From assembly GCA_040756875.1 (NCBI GenBank), contig JBFLYH010000001.1, positions 1,533,076-1,597,075 of the forward strand: DNA of 64,000 nt. Reading direction: 5' to 3'. The DNA comes from a candidate division FCPU426 bacterium. GTDB taxonomy: Bacteria; Oederibacteriota; JAAXVQ01; JAUVAV01. This document shows positions 38,812 to 49,505 of this stretch, piece by piece; position 1 is the stretch's first letter; the number at the start of each line of letters is the position of its first letter. Position numbers and translations under genes: made by a program. The notes beneath the pieces are model-generated. The model was not told where the DNA came from. It did no database searches and saw nothing but the letters and a program-made list of their open reading frames with translations.

Positions 38812-39068
38812 CCTCAGCCTACCCCTTCCTTGAATTTAGTATGTCGTGAAACCCAGGCCCCCATGGTTCCTGGTTTCACGGAAAAGTCCCTTCGTTTTAG
38901 GTTCCATCATCTAACAAATCCGCCCGGAATTCCCACCATGGTTTCAATACTAGCGGATAAAAACCTTGGATCGGAATTTAATCTGGTGCAGGATGGGAAA
39001 CGTAAATTCGCGGGATTGTAACACACCCGCCCGGCTGTTCGCAAGTTATTTCCCGGTTAAAAAACCGC

Positions 39069-41210
39069 TCAAGTAGGGGTGGAATTCGAGGGGTTGACTT
39101 TGGAGAAATCCGCCAGGAGCCAGATGCGGCGCGCCAGATTATACAGTAAATTCAAGCGGTTTTCCCGTTGCTCCGGCCGCTCGTCCATGACCATGACCTG
39201 GTCGAAGAACCGGTCCACCGGTTCCTTAAGCGTGCTTAAAGCCGCGAAAGCCTGCTGGAATTCCGCTGCCTCGACCAGCCGGGACACTTCCTGGCCGGTG
39301 GCCTGGCTCGCAGCCAGTAATTCGCGCTCGGCCTCGTGTTCCATGCGTTCGGGCCAGACAGGCTGTTCGGGGCTTGAGGGCAAAACACTGCGGGGGGTGC
39401 CTTTGGGCAGGATGTTGACCACGCGCGCAAAAGTGAGGATGCGCTCGTTGAATCCGGGTTCCTGCCTGAGCGCGCGGAACACTTCGGCTTTTTTCACCAC
39501 AGCGGCTAAATCGTCCCACCAAACTCCCAGCACGGCCTGGATGAGGTCCGGTGTCAATCCCCTGGCGGCCAGTTCGCTTTCCAACCGCCCCTGGATAAAC
39601 GTTTTCACCTCGGCGACCAGCGAGTCCCTGCGGTCGCCAAATCCGGAAAACAGCCGGCAAGATTCCTCCAGCAAGGAGGAAAGAGGAAAATGATATCCAT
39701 GCGCCAAGGCGATGGCCAGCAACCCCTGCGCCGCGCGGCGCAGGGCATAGGGGTCTTTGCTGCCCGTGGGCACGAAGCCCGCGCCCCAGCATCCCAGCAG
39801 GTGGTCCGTCTTTTCCGCCATGGCCAGCATGGCTCCGGCCGCGGTCCGGGGCAGGCCGTCCTCCGCGCCACGCGGAAGGTATTGCTCCCGGATGGCTGCG
39901 GCGCTTGCTTCGGCCACTCCCTGCGCCAGGGCGTAGTAGGTTCCCATCACCCCCTGAAGGGCGGTGAACTCCTTTTCCTGCACCATGTTCGTGATCAGGT
40001 CGGCTTTGGCCAGATGGGCGGCTTCCCGGGCCGCGGCCGCGGCTCCGGGTTCCAGCCGCTGCGCCAGCCAGCCCGCCAGGTGTTCAAGCCGGTTGGTTTT
40101 GTCCAGCAGGCTGCCCAAGCCCTGGATCCACAGCACGCGTCCGAGTTCAGGCACCAGATCAACCAGAGGTCGTTTGAGATCCTCGCGATAGAAAAATTCG
40201 GCGTCCTTCAACCGCGCAGTCAGCACCCGTTCGCAGCCCGGCCGCAGGTTGGAGGGTTTGGCCAGGGGATTGTCGTGCACCGCCAAAAAGTACGGCAGCA
40301 GGCGGCCCTGGTCATCCTCCACCGCGAAAAACCGCTGGTGCTCGCGCAGGGTGGTGACAACGATCTCCCGGGGCAGAGTCAGAAAATGTTCGGAATAGGC
40401 GCCGGTCACGGTTCCCGGATGCTCGACCATCAGCGCGACGCGGTCCAGCAGGTGTTCGTCGGTCACGAGGCGGCCGCCGCATTTCTGCGCGGCGGTGTTC
40501 AGTTGCTGTTGCAGGCGGTGGCGGCGCTGGCTGGTGGAAACCGTCACCCAGCCCTGGGCCAGCAGCTTCAGGTAATGGTCGGCGTGGCGGATTTCCGCGG
40601 TGCGGGGGCGCTTCAAGGGATGCAGCCAGGAGACCCGCCCCGATGTCACGCCCGCGTATTGCAAGGGTATCAGTTCCGCGCCCAGCAAAGCCAGCAGCCA
40701 CCGGATGGGCCTGGCAAAACGGGCGCCGCTGTTTTCCCAACGCATGGTCTTGGGAAAATCGAAGGTTTGCAAGTAATTCAGGAACAGCTCCGGCAGGATC
40801 TGGCGGGCTTCCTGCCCCACCAGCTTGACCTCGGCGCACAGCCGGTCATTTTCGATTTTCACCTGGCCCGGTTCCAAACCATGTTTGCGCAGAAACCCTT
40901 CGCCCGCAGGCGTCAGGTTGCCGTTGCCGTCGTAGGCCACGGAAGCCTGCGGCCCCGTGACCTTCTTGTTCTCATCGGGTTGGCGGAGGGCCAAGGCCTG
41001 AAGAAACAGGGTCAGACGGCGCGGGGTGGCCTCGAGTTTGACGTCCCCGCAAGAAAGACGAGCCTGGGTCAGCGCGGTCCGCACCTTGGCCTCGACCACA
41101 GCCAGGCGCTCGACGCTCACATAGTCCACCGGCAGTTCTTCACAGCCGATTTCAAACAACGCGTTGGCCACTTCGGGCCAGTGGCGGCGATGACGAATGG
41201 TCCGCGACAT
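39069..41210 (-). CDS. glyS: Glycine--tRNA ligase beta subunit
   Basis: EIGCEELP, TPRRL, FARPIRW, LQGVMG, GSKDPYALRR. Confidence 0.96.
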   Translation of the reverse strand: MSRTIRHRRHWPEVANALFEIGCEELPVDYVSVERLAVVEAKVRTALTQARLSCGDVKLEATPRRLTLFLQALALRQPDENKKVTGPQASVAYDGNGNLTPAGEGFLRKHGLEPGQVKIENDRLCAEVKLVGQEARQILPELFLNYLQTFDFPKTMRWENSGARFARPIRWLLALLGAELIPLQYAGVTSGRVSWLHPLKRPRTAEIRHADHYLKLLAQGWVTVSTSQRRHRLQQQLNTAAQKCGGRLVTDEHLLDRVALMVEHPGTVTGAYSEHFLTLPREIVVTTLREHQRFFAVEDDQGRLLPYFLAVHDNPLAKPSNLRPGCERVLTARLKDAEFFYREDLKRPLVDLVPELGRVLWIQGLGSLLDKTNRLEHLAGWLAQRLEPGAAAAAREAAHLAKADLITNMVQEKEFTALQGVMGTYYALAQGVAEASAAAIREQYLPRGAEDGLPRTAAGAMLAMAEKTDHLLGCWGAGFVPTGSKDPYALRRAAQGLLAIALAHGYHFPLSSLLEESCRLFSGFGDRRDSLVAEVKTFIQGRLESELAARGLTPDLIQAVLGVWWDDLAAVVKKAEVFRALRQEPGFNERILTFARVVNILPKGTPRSVLPSSPEQPVWPERMEHEAERELLAASQATGQEVSRLVEAAEFQQAFAALSTLKEPVDRFFDQVMVMDERPEQRENRLNLLYNLARRIWLLADFSKVNPSNSTPT

Positions 41211-41241
41211 GCTTTCCAGCTCCTTTGAAGGTCTTTGCGGC

Positions 41242-42231
41242 TCAGCCCTTGACTTTGATTCGCATCGGGGCCAGCGGCCGCGCCGGTTTGGGCGCCGCAG
41301 GCTTGCGCGAAGTCCGACGGGTTTCGGAACGGACCCGGCGGGGAGGGGCGGCCGGGGTAAACCGCTGCTTTAGCAGCGGGTATTCCAGCGCTTCCCGTTG
41401 TTTCAAATAGGTTTGGGCCACCTGTTTGGCCAGGTTGCGCAGGCGGGTAATGTATCCTACGCGTTCGGTCACCGAAATGGCTCCGCGGGCGTCCAGCAAA
41501 TTGAACAGGTGCGAACTTTTGACCAGTTGATCGTACGCCGGAAACAGGAGTTGTTCCCCCACCAGCCGCTGGGTTTCCTGTTCGCAGGCTCCGAAAGCGG
41601 CGAACAAAGCCGCAGGATCAGACGCTTCGAAATTGTACTTAGACCACTGCTGTTCAGGCGCATGAAACAGCTCGCCATAGGACACTCCCTGCCCCCACTC
41701 GATATCGAACAGGGAATCCACGCCCTGCAGAAACATGGCGATGCGCTCCAAGCCATAGGTGATTTCCACGGTCACCGGATTCAGATCCAGGCCGGCCATC
41801 TGCTGGAAGTACGTGAACTGGGTGATCTCCAAACCGTCAAGCCATACCTGCCAGCCCAATCCACCCGCGCCCAGGGTGGGCGATTCCCAGTCGTCCTCGG
41901 TGAAGCGGATGTCATGTTCGGCCAGCTTCAATCCCAGCTGTTCGAGACTGGCACGGTACAGGTCCTGGATGGCTGCCGGCGCCGGTTTGATGACGACCTG
42001 GAATTGATAGTAATGCTGCCCGCGGTTGGGATTCTCGCCGTACCGGCCGTCCTTCGGACGGCGGCAGGGCTCAATGTTGGCCGCCGCCCAGGGTTCGGGC
42101 CCCAGCACCCGCAGGAAGGTGAAAGGATTGAAAGTCGCCGCGCCTTTTTCCAAATCATAGGGCTGCACCAGCAAACAGCCCTGCCGGATCCAAAATTGCT
42201 CCAAGGAGCGGATAATGTCTTGAAAGGTCAT
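41242..42231 (-). CDS. glyQ: Glycine--tRNA ligase alpha subunit
   Basis: [40 protein letters not shown]. Confidence 0.97.
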   Translation of the reverse strand: MTFQDIIRSLEQFWIRQGCLLVQPYDLEKGAATFNPFTFLRVLGPEPWAAANIEPCRRPKDGRYGENPNRGQHYYQFQVVIKPAPAAIQDLYRASLEQLGLKLAEHDIRFTEDDWESPTLGAGGLGWQVWLDGLEITQFTYFQQMAGLDLNPVTVEITYGLERIAMFLQGVDSLFDIEWGQGVSYGELFHAPEQQWSKYNFEASDPAALFAAFGACEQETQRLVGEQLLFPAYDQLVKSSHLFNLLDARGAISVTERVGYITRLRNLAKQVAQTYLKQREALEYPLLKQRFTPAAPPRRVRSETRRTSRKPAAPKPARPLAPMRIKVKG

Positions 42232-42243
42232 CGTGGAGTCTCC

Positions 42244-42993
42244 TCAGCCTTTGAGCCCGGCGACCGCGCGCCGGAATTTGTCGCTGTGAAGGGTGCGCCC
42301 CAATTGGTACAACAGCGCCGCCTCCAGCGCAGCCGCCGCTTCTTCCCCGACCCGGGGCAGCACGTCCAAACGCCGCACCTTGTCCGCGGGAAGCTGCCGG
42401 ATTTTTTCCAGCATGGCCCGCGCCCCGGGCGAGAGCGGCAGCTCCGCCGCCGGTTCGCAGACCAGGCAGACCGCCCCGCCCCGGTCCGGAGCGTATTTCA
42501 TCGGGCCTTCGCTCCGCTGGCAGCAGACGCACCCTGCCAGGTGCGGGCGGTAGCCCAAAAGGTCCAGCAAGCGGTTCTCGAACCAAAGGCCCGCGACCAG
42601 GGGCGCCAGGCCTGTTTCCAGCAGGGCCAGCGCCTCCTTCAACAGCGAGAAAATCTCCGGCAACGGCTGGCGGTCCGGCAGCAGCCGGTCCACCAATTCG
42701 CTCCAGCGCGCCGCGCTGGCCAGGGCCTGCAGGTCGGATTTCAACCGGGGATAAGCGGTCACCAGCTGCCCCTGCGTCACCAGCATGAGGTCCTGGTGCT
42801 CGCGCCCGTGCAGCTGGAGTTCGGACAGGGAAAACAAGCCCACGCTCGCGGCCAAACGGCTTTGGCTGCGCCGCACGCCCTTGGCCAAGGCCCGGCATTT
42901 CCCTTCGCGGTCGGTCAGCAGCACCAGCACCCGGTCCGCTTCCGAAAACGGATAATGACGCAGGATAATGGCTGAGGTCCGCAGTAACGACAC
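42244..42993 (-). CDS. recO: DNA repair protein RecO
   Basis: EADR...AKGVRR OB fold, CVCC...CLVC zinc motif; upstream of glyQ. Confidence 0.93.
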   Translation of the reverse strand: MSLLRTSAIILRHYPFSEADRVLVLLTDREGKCRALAKGVRRSQSRLAASVGLFSLSELQLHGREHQDLMLVTQGQLVTAYPRLKSDLQALASAARWSELVDRLLPDRQPLPEIFSLLKEALALLETGLAPLVAGLWFENRLLDLLGYRPHLAGCVCCQRSEGPMKYAPDRGGAVCLVCEPAAELPLSPGARAMLEKIRQLPADKVRRLDVLPRVGEEAAAALEAALLYQLGRTLHSDKFRRAVAGLKG

Positions 42994-43025
42994 TGTGTGC
43001 AGATCCTTCCCGGCGAGTGGAGGCT

Positions 43026-43048
43026 TTCCCGGGCTAAAGCCGCGGGAA
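43026..43048. repeat. Dispersed palindrome, copy 1 (imperfect)
   Basis: TTCCCG-GGCT-AA-AGCC-G-CGGGAA. Confidence 0.55.
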
Positions 43049-43061
43049 TGGTCCGGGGGAA

Positions 43062-43406
43062 TTAATAGTATCCTCCGCCCATGCTTCCGGATTCCGCGGC
43101 ATTAAAACCGTTCCAGACCGCGCCCGCGCCCCAGAGGAATACCATGGCCAGCAAGCCAAGAACAGCCAAAACCAGGCAGGTTTGGCCGAATTTTTTGGAT
43201 TCCGGATGGGTTTGCGCGGCGAAAATCAACCCCAGCACAAAACCGTAAAATGGCAGCAGCGACAAGGCGTAGGCCAAAAGTTTCAGACCGCCGCGCGGCA
43301 GCGCCAACCCGCCGCTTTCAGCGGCCGGCGCCGGCGTGGCTTTCCCGGTCGATGGCCGGGAAGCAACACGGATGCGCTGTGAATGTTTTTTACTTTCGGC
43401 TGGCAT
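43062..43406 (-). CDS. Small two-TM membrane protein
   Basis: Two hydrophobic helices; co-oriented with neighbours. Start is 43406 or 43418. Confidence 0.65.
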   Translation of the reverse strand: MPAESKKHSQRIRVASRPSTGKATPAPAAESGGLALPRGGLKLLAYALSLLPFYGFVLGLIFAAQTHPESKKFGQTCLVLAVLGLLAMVFLWGAGAVWNGFNAAESGSMGGGYY

Positions 43407-43421
43407 AATGGTTTCCAATAT

Positions 43422-43463
43422 GGAAGAACCACGCCCCTCCCAAAGGAAGAGCGTGGTTCTTCC
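43422..43463. other. Intergenic stem-loop
   Basis: GGAAGAACCACGC...GCGTGGTTCTTCC, 13-bp perfect stem, no U-tract. Confidence 0.6.
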
Positions 43464-43501
43464 GTGAATGATTCAGGGGATACCGGCCGGCTTGGGGGTA
43501 A

Positions 43502-44026
43502 TCAGCCGCCAGGAACGTATCCGGTGATCCCGATACCGATGATGGCCAACAGCACTACGATCAAGAAGACGATCGCGATGGCGATGGCGACCGCGATGAT
43601 GGCTTTCGCGGTGGTCAGCTTATGGACTTCCTTCATGCCGATGACGGTTAAAATCAGGCCGTAAATCGAGCCCAGAACCGAAACGATCGGAATCCAGCCG
43701 ATGATATTCACCACATTGGCGTACGAAGCCAGGCGCAGCGTGCCTTCATAGGTCCCGGTGCCGCCGACAATGCGGGCGCAGATCATGAGCAGCAAGGCCG
43801 CCAGAAAAATGCTGATCACGACTGCGATGGGAGCAAATACGATTGCCAGAAAGCCCACACCCAAAGTGATGATGGTCAGTCCCACGCCCATAATCACAGC
43901 CGTAATGATGGCAAATACCAGCGGATCTTTGTATCCGCCGGTCGTGGGCATGGATTGGAAAAACTCCACTGGCTTGACGATGATCTTCTTACCGGTTTCG
44001 TAGTAATCCTTTAGAAATCCAGCCAT
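43502..44026 (-). CDS. Yip1 family membrane protein
   Basis: KPVEFF, GGTGTYEGTLR..SY, IGWIP, GMKEVHKLT pattern. Confidence 0.85.
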   Translation of the reverse strand: MAGFLKDYYETGKKIIVKPVEFFQSMPTTGGYKDPLVFAIITAVIMGVGLTIITLGVGFLAIVFAPIAVVISIFLAALLLMICARIVGGTGTYEGTLRLASYANVVNIIGWIPIVSVLGSIYGLILTVIGMKEVHKLTTAKAIIAVAIAIAIVFLIVVLLAIIGIGITGYVPGG

Positions 44027-44267
44027 TCTGTACCCCCTGTTCTTTATGAAGTGGTTGATTGTTTTTTAAGGCTATCATCGAATCCTGACAAAGTCAATAA
44101 AATTAATCGGGATGACCCACAAAAACCTTTGGTTTATAGGCTTGGAATGGGATTTGAAAGCACCCGGCCGGCGGCGGTAAAAGTCGGGCGGCGAAAACCG
44201 CGCATCTGCGTCGTAAGAACGTCCTTTAGAAACTCACTTTTTCACCGGTATATTAAATCTGCCTCGG

Positions 44268-45581
44268 TCAGCTGTTTTCCGGCATGTCCAGATCCAGAGG
44301 GGCATCCAGTTTTCGAATCTGTATTTTTTCGATGCGTTTACTGGTGGCAGCCACGACCGTCAAATGCAGGTCCTGATAAACCACCTGCTCGCCTTTTTTA
44401 GGCAGATGTCCCAGCAGGTGGGTCACAAATCCGCCCACCGTATTTACATCCTTCATGTCCGGCAGTTCGACTTCCAGGGCGGAATTGATCTCTTTGATGT
44501 CCGAAGAAGCGTCCACCAGCCATTGGGACAGCCCGATCTTTTCCAATTTGCGCTCTTCGGTGTCGTATTCATCCCGGATTTCGCCGACGATTTCTTCGAT
44601 CAAGTCCTCCAGGGTCACCAATCCCGAGGTCCCGCCGTATTCATCCACCACAATGGCCATGTGCAATTTGCCGCGCTGGAATTCATGCAGCAATTCGTCC
44701 ACTTTCTTGGTTTCGGGCACGAAGTAGGGCTGGCGCAAAACATCCTGCAGCATGATCAGTTCGCGGTTCTGAAGCAAGGGGATGATGTCCTTGGTATAAA
44801 CCACCCCGATGATATTGTCCACATTATTGCGATAGACCGGCATGCGGGAATACCCCGCCTGGATGATCTGGTCGATGATATGGTCCATCTGATCCAGGGC
44901 GTTGATGCACTCCATGCCCGTGCGCGGCACCATGACTTCACGCACCTGGGTCTCCCCCAGGTGGATGACGCCGTGAATCATCTTGTGTTCCTGGTCTTCG
45001 AACAGCCCCTCGTCCGCGCCAAGTTGTATGAGCGTACGGATCTCCTCCTCGGTCACCATCGGAATCGAGGCTCCGGGACGCAGGCCCAAAGGCCTGAGCA
45101 CCACGCTGGCTGCCTGCACCAGCAGGCGGCTCAAAGGATTGAGCACTTTGGCCAGGAACACCAGGGGCCGGATGAGAAAGAACGCGATGGCCTCGGAACG
45201 CTGGATGGCCAGCACTTTGGGCGTGACTTCGCCGAATATGATGATGACCAGGGTGACCAGGGCGGCCACCAGGGCGCCTAAATGCGCGCGATTCAGATGA
45301 AACAGTTCGGATATGTGCACCGCTAAAAAGGCCGCGATCGTCGTGGCGCTGATATTGACGGCATTGTTCAGGATGAGAATGGTGGTCAACATGCGGTTGG
45401 GGTCGTTTTTCCAGGCTTCCAAGGCGCGGCCGCGGGCACCGCCCTTCTCGATGGCTTTGGCCAGACGGCTGCGCCCCAACCCCATGAGCGCGGTTTCGCT
45501 GGCGGAAAAAACCGCCGAGAGGATCATCAACCCCGCCATGGCCAACAGTTCCAGCGTAATTTTAGGATCCAACAGGGTCAC
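44268..45581 (-). CDS. CNNM/CBS/CorC_HlyC domain membrane protein (hemolysin/TlyC family)
   Basis: FSASETA, GEVTPK, MVPR, SRMPVY, VVDEYGG...EDLIEEIVGEI. Confidence 0.95.
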   Translation of the reverse strand: MTLLDPKITLELLAMAGLMILSAVFSASETALMGLGRSRLAKAIEKGGARGRALEAWKNDPNRMLTTILILNNAVNISATTIAAFLAVHISELFHLNRAHLGALVAALVTLVIIIFGEVTPKVLAIQRSEAIAFFLIRPLVFLAKVLNPLSRLLVQAASVVLRPLGLRPGASIPMVTEEEIRTLIQLGADEGLFEDQEHKMIHGVIHLGETQVREVMVPRTGMECINALDQMDHIIDQIIQAGYSRMPVYRNNVDNIIGVVYTKDIIPLLQNRELIMLQDVLRQPYFVPETKKVDELLHEFQRGKLHMAIVVDEYGGTSGLVTLEDLIEEIVGEIRDEYDTEERKLEKIGLSQWLVDASSDIKEINSALEVELPDMKDVNTVGGFVTHLLGHLPKKGEQVVYQDLHLTVVAATSKRIEKIQIRKLDAPLDLDMPENS

Positions 45582-46024
45582 CTCGCTCGGCAGGCGGCGA
45601 GCAGCGCGGTTTCCATAGCCCGCATGCGCAAAGCCTGCGCGCGGCGTGCGTGATCATACCCCAGCAAGTGCAACAAGCCATGGATGACGATCAAATCCAA
45701 TTCGTGGAACGCGGCTTCCGCCCGCGCCTTGGCCTGCCGCTTGACCTGGGGCCATGAAATCACCAGATCTCCCAGCACATCGGTATCCGGGGGCAGCGGA
45801 TCTCCGGAACGGCGCTGCTCCCGCATGCCGAAGGACAAAATGTCCGTTGTCCGGTCCATTCCGCGATAGCGGCGGTTCAGAGCGCGAACCGCGGCGTCGG
45901 ACGTGACCAAGACCGAAACCTCCGCCTCAGGCAGGCGCAAACGCCGCAAACTACAAACCAGTAAACGCCGGATTCTCGCCGCCAGGCCCGCGGACGGCCG
46001 GGGAACTCGGATTTGGATGTTCAT
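45578..46024 (-). CDS. ybeY: rRNA maturation RNase YbeY
   Basis: LNRRYR...TDILSF, LGDLVIS, HGLLHLLGYDH. Confidence 0.95.
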   Translation of the reverse strand: MNIQIRVPRPSAGLAARIRRLLVCSLRRLRLPEAEVSVLVTSDAAVRALNRRYRGMDRTTDILSFGMREQRRSGDPLPPDTDVLGDLVISWPQVKRQAKARAEAAFHELDLIVIHGLLHLLGYDHARRAQALRMRAMETALLAACRAR

Positions 46025-46190
46025 GTGGGAATGCCGCACCAGGCGGCCGGCATACCGCCGCACAGAGGTGCGTCAGAAAGGATGCGCCCAGGCGCAAGTG
46101 AGGCCTTCGCAATACCTGTAAAGGTTATGGATGGATGAACGCTGCCTTGCAAGCGCGAAATCAGACTCCTTCGCAACCGGCCGAGGTCTG

Positions 46191-46233
46191 CGGATGAAAA
46201 AAGGGACCCGAAACAGGTCCCTTTTTTCATCCG
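46191..46233. terminator. Intrinsic terminator after the LysM gene
   Basis: CGGATGAAAAAAGGGACC-loop-GGTCCCTTTTTTCATCCG. Confidence 0.85.
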
Positions 46234-46244
46234 TTTTCCCCGAA

Positions 46245-46664
46245 TCAATATTCAACCGGCAAAGTTCGGCGCGGTTTGGTATGGTGCTTATAGCGCGGCG
46301 TACGCTTGGCGTTCTCGATTGCCTGCGCCACTTCTTCCTGGCTAAACTCGCGCGAGATCGACAAATCCTGGCCGATTTCGATAATATCCGGATCCTCGAT
46401 CTGGTCGCGGTTGGCCTTGAAGATCAAGGGCCACTGAAAATTATCCCCATAGATATCGGATTGACCCGAAATATCCCACAGCGTGTCTCCCCTGACAACA
46501 GAATACCGCTGCATTTCCGGGGTCGCCTCCGGCGTCGGCTCGGCCATCGGCATGGGCGTGGGTTCAGGTTGCACCGCTTTTTTACCGCCGCAACCCATCA
46601 CTCCTGCCAAACCGCAAACCAAAACCGCCACCATCGTCCCTTTCAGCCATGCAGTTTTCTTCAT
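46245..46664 (-). CDS. LysM domain lipoprotein
   Basis: Lipobox VMGC; YSVVRGDTLWDIS...WPLIFKAN...PDII. Confidence 0.92.
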   Translation of the reverse strand: MKKTAWLKGTMVAVLVCGLAGVMGCGGKKAVQPEPTPMPMAEPTPEATPEMQRYSVVRGDTLWDISGQSDIYGDNFQWPLIFKANRDQIEDPDIIEIGQDLSISREFSQEEVAQAIENAKRTPRYKHHTKPRRTLPVEY

Positions 46665-46721
46665 TCCCTTTCACCTCCTTCCAACTCAGAGTGGATTGGG
46701 TCCCTTGTAGTCCGTGCAGTC

Positions 46722-47336
46722 CTACTTAAACGTCAGCGTTGCCATCCGGCACAAGACCAATGGTGCCCTTGTTTCCCCAGGACCGGACACAGGCACGTAA
46801 TCGTACTCGGGTTCGATCCCTATGCGACCCGACAGCAGTAAATCATCTTTACCTGCCGAACGGGAATTGATGTCCCACACCGCAAATCCTATGCCGAAGG
46901 TCGCTCCCACCAAGCCTCCGAGCCCGATCCCGATGGTGAAATCTTCGGGATCCTTGTCCCGCATATACGGCAGGGTTGCGATCACCAGCCCGAGCATCGC
47001 GCCGATGCCGGTGCCGCCCACCGTGTATTCCGAAAAAGTAAACCCGGTATCCTGCCGGTCCGTGCTGATCTCGTAGATGCCGATCCCCGTGCCCAGCACT
47101 GCGCCGGTCAAAAACCCGTATACCGCTCCGGTCAGCAGGTAATCGGGATTGTAATTGTTATCCAAACCATACGCCAGCGTGCCGGCGGACAACCCAACCA
47201 TCAAGCCGGCGCCGGCGCCGCCTAGGATATTATTGGCGATCATTGGACCCCGGGCAGGCCCAGCTGACACCGGAATCGCGGTACTCCAGAAAGAAAAAAA
47301 TAAAAATATCAACGTGATTGCAGCTTTATTGTTCAC
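46722..47336 (-). CDS. Glycine-rich hydrophobic exported/membrane protein
   Basis: Signal peptide and four GxxxG-rich helices. Confidence 0.7.
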   Translation of the reverse strand: MNNKAAITLIFLFFSFWSTAIPVSAGPARGPMIANNILGGAGAGLMVGLSAGTLAYGLDNNYNPDYLLTGAVYGFLTGAVLGTGIGIYEISTDRQDTGFTFSEYTVGGTGIGAMLGLVIATLPYMRDKDPEDFTIGIGLGGLVGATFGIGFAVWDINSRSAGKDDLLLSGRIGIEPEYDYVPVSGPGETRAPLVLCRMATLTFK

Positions 47337-47464
47337 AGGTTCCTTGAGTTCGATTTTAAGTTATGGGTAAATTATCACGTTAATTTCGTTCTTGTCAAGC
47401 CTTAGTTGGTTTATTCATATTTCCCTGGTAATTGATGCCGTCTTCCGGCTGAAAATAAGGCTTT

Positions 47465-49282
47465 TTACTCGGTTACTTTCAGGTGAAGCTCGCGCAGTTG
47501 ATCAGGGTGCAGCAAGCTGGGCGCGCCGGAAAGCAGATCCTGCGCCCTCTGCGTCTTGGGAAAGGCGATGACATCCCTGATGGTGCGCTCGCCGGCCAGT
47601 AACATGACCAGCCGGTCCAGCCCGATGGCCAACCCTCCATGGGGGGGCGCGCCGTATTCGAAAGCCTCCATGAGAAACCCGAATTTTTCCCTGGCCTCGT
47701 CGTCGGAAATGCCGATGAGCTTGAAAATCCGCGCCTGCAGGCCGGATTGATGGATACGGACGCTGCCGGAAGCGATTTCGCAGCCGTTCAGCACCAGGTC
47801 AAAGCTTTGGGAACGCACCTGGCCCGGATCCGCGTCCAACTGGTGGATGTCCTCGGGATGGGGCGCTGTAAAGGGATGGTGTTCAGGATCCCAGCGCCGG
47901 TTGGCTGCATCATATTGAAAGAGGGGGAAATCCACGATCCAGGAAAGATGCCATTGGTCTTTGGGAATCAGCCCCAGTTGGTCGCCGATCTGCAGCCGCA
48001 GGCGGGCCAGGACGTCGTTGGTGACTTTCGGCTGGTCCGCGATAAAAACCAACAAATCGCCGGGTTTGCCCGCCAGCAGCGTTTGAATCTCCGTCAGTTG
48101 CTGGGGGGTAAAATACTTGGTCAGGTTGGATTCCAAGCCCTGGGCCGTCACCTTGAACCAGGCCATGCCTTTGGCCCCGAATTTTTGCGAGGCTGCGATA
48201 AGGGAATCGATTTCCTGGCGCGAGAAAGAAGCGCCGTTGGGAACCGCCAGGCCTTTCACCGTTCCACCGGCTTTGGCCGCCTCGGCGAACACTTTGAACT
48301 CCACCTGCTTGGCCACTTCGGTGATGTCTTTCAATTCCAGTCCGAACCGCTGGTCCGGTTTGTCGGAGCCGAAGCGGCGCATGGCTTCCGCGTACGTAAG
48401 ACGCGGCAAAGGCATGGCCGGTACCGCCAGCCCGCTGGTTTTGAAAATGTCCGCCATCAGACCCTCGACCTGCGCCAGCAGGTCGTCCTGGTCCACAAAG
48501 GACATTTCCAGATCGATCTGGGTGAATTCGGGCTGGCGGTCGGCGCGCAGGTCCTCGTCGCGGAAACAGCGGGCGATCTGATAGTACGCCTGGCAGCCCG
48601 ACACCATGAGGATCTGCTTGAGCATTTGGGGGGATTGCGGCAGCGCGTAACAGCTGCCGGGATAGATGCGCGACGGCACCACGTAATCGCGCGCCCCTTC
48701 GGGGGTGCTCTTGAGCAGGTACGGGGTTTCCACTTCCAGGAACCCCTGGCGGTCCAGGTAGGCGTGCACGGCGCGCAGCATCCGGTGCCGCAGCCGGAGA
48801 TTGCGCTGCATGTGCAGGCGCCGCAAATCCAGGTACCGGTAGCGGAGGCGCAGGTCTTCGGAGACGTCCAGATCCTCCTCGACCTGGAACGGCGGCGTCA
48901 GGGCGCGGTTGAGGATCTGCACGTCCGCCACCCGGACCTCGATTTCACCGGTCGGCATCTTGGGGTTGACGGTTTCGGGCGTGCGGGCCGTGACCCGGCC
49001 CTTGGCCACGATCACGAACTCACTGCGTAAGGACGCGGCCAGGGCATGGCTGGCCGGGGCCTCGGACGGATCGAAGACCAGTTGCGTGATCCCCTCCCGG
49101 TCCCGCAAATCGATAAAGATCAGGCCGCCGTGGTCACGGTTGGTGTGGACCCATCCGGCCAGCACGACCTCCTGTCCCACCTGCTGCCGGTTGAGCGCAG
49201 CGCAGCTGTGCGTGCGCTTGAAACGCATGCGGAATTCCGGCTCGGCCTGGCCGACGGTTTGGGTTTCCGGTGTGGTGGTCAT
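47465..49282 (-). CDS. aspS: Aspartate--tRNA ligase
   Basis: RDHGGLIFIDLRD, STPEGARD, CFRDEDLRADRQPEFTQ, GAPPHGG. Start ATG 49282 after GGAGG. Confidence 0.97.
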   Translation of the reverse strand: MTTTPETQTVGQAEPEFRMRFKRTHSCAALNRQQVGQEVVLAGWVHTNRDHGGLIFIDLRDREGITQLVFDPSEAPASHALAASLRSEFVIVAKGRVTARTPETVNPKMPTGEIEVRVADVQILNRALTPPFQVEEDLDVSEDLRLRYRYLDLRRLHMQRNLRLRHRMLRAVHAYLDRQGFLEVETPYLLKSTPEGARDYVVPSRIYPGSCYALPQSPQMLKQILMVSGCQAYYQIARCFRDEDLRADRQPEFTQIDLEMSFVDQDDLLAQVEGLMADIFKTSGLAVPAMPLPRLTYAEAMRRFGSDKPDQRFGLELKDITEVAKQVEFKVFAEAAKAGGTVKGLAVPNGASFSRQEIDSLIAASQKFGAKGMAWFKVTAQGLESNLTKYFTPQQLTEIQTLLAGKPGDLLVFIADQPKVTNDVLARLRLQIGDQLGLIPKDQWHLSWIVDFPLFQYDAANRRWDPEHHPFTAPHPEDIHQLDADPGQVRSQSFDLVLNGCEIASGSVRIHQSGLQARIFKLIGISDDEAREKFGFLMEAFEYGAPPHGGLAIGLDRLVMLLAGERTIRDVIAFPKTQRAQDLLSGAPSLLHPDQLRELHLKVTE

Positions 49283-49505
49283 TTTCTTCCTCCCCGCCGC
49301 TCGGTGCGAGTGAAAGCGACGGCATATTGTTTGATCCGCTTGGCTGGAACGGCGGCAATTTTTTTTCCCGCAACACCGAAAGCCCTGGGCCCTTCGGCCG
49401 GGGATGAAGGCGTCACCAAGCGTTGCGGGATGTCGTCCCCTACAGGGGATTTCCCTTCGGTCAACCATGCTGACTTGGCTGGCAACGCGAGGTTTTTTAG
49501 TGATG

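Noticed and set aside
46030-46190. CCTTCGCAA direct repeats upstream of ybeY as a riboswitch or operator
   Set aside because: Short and irregularly spaced, with no recognisable RNA motif.
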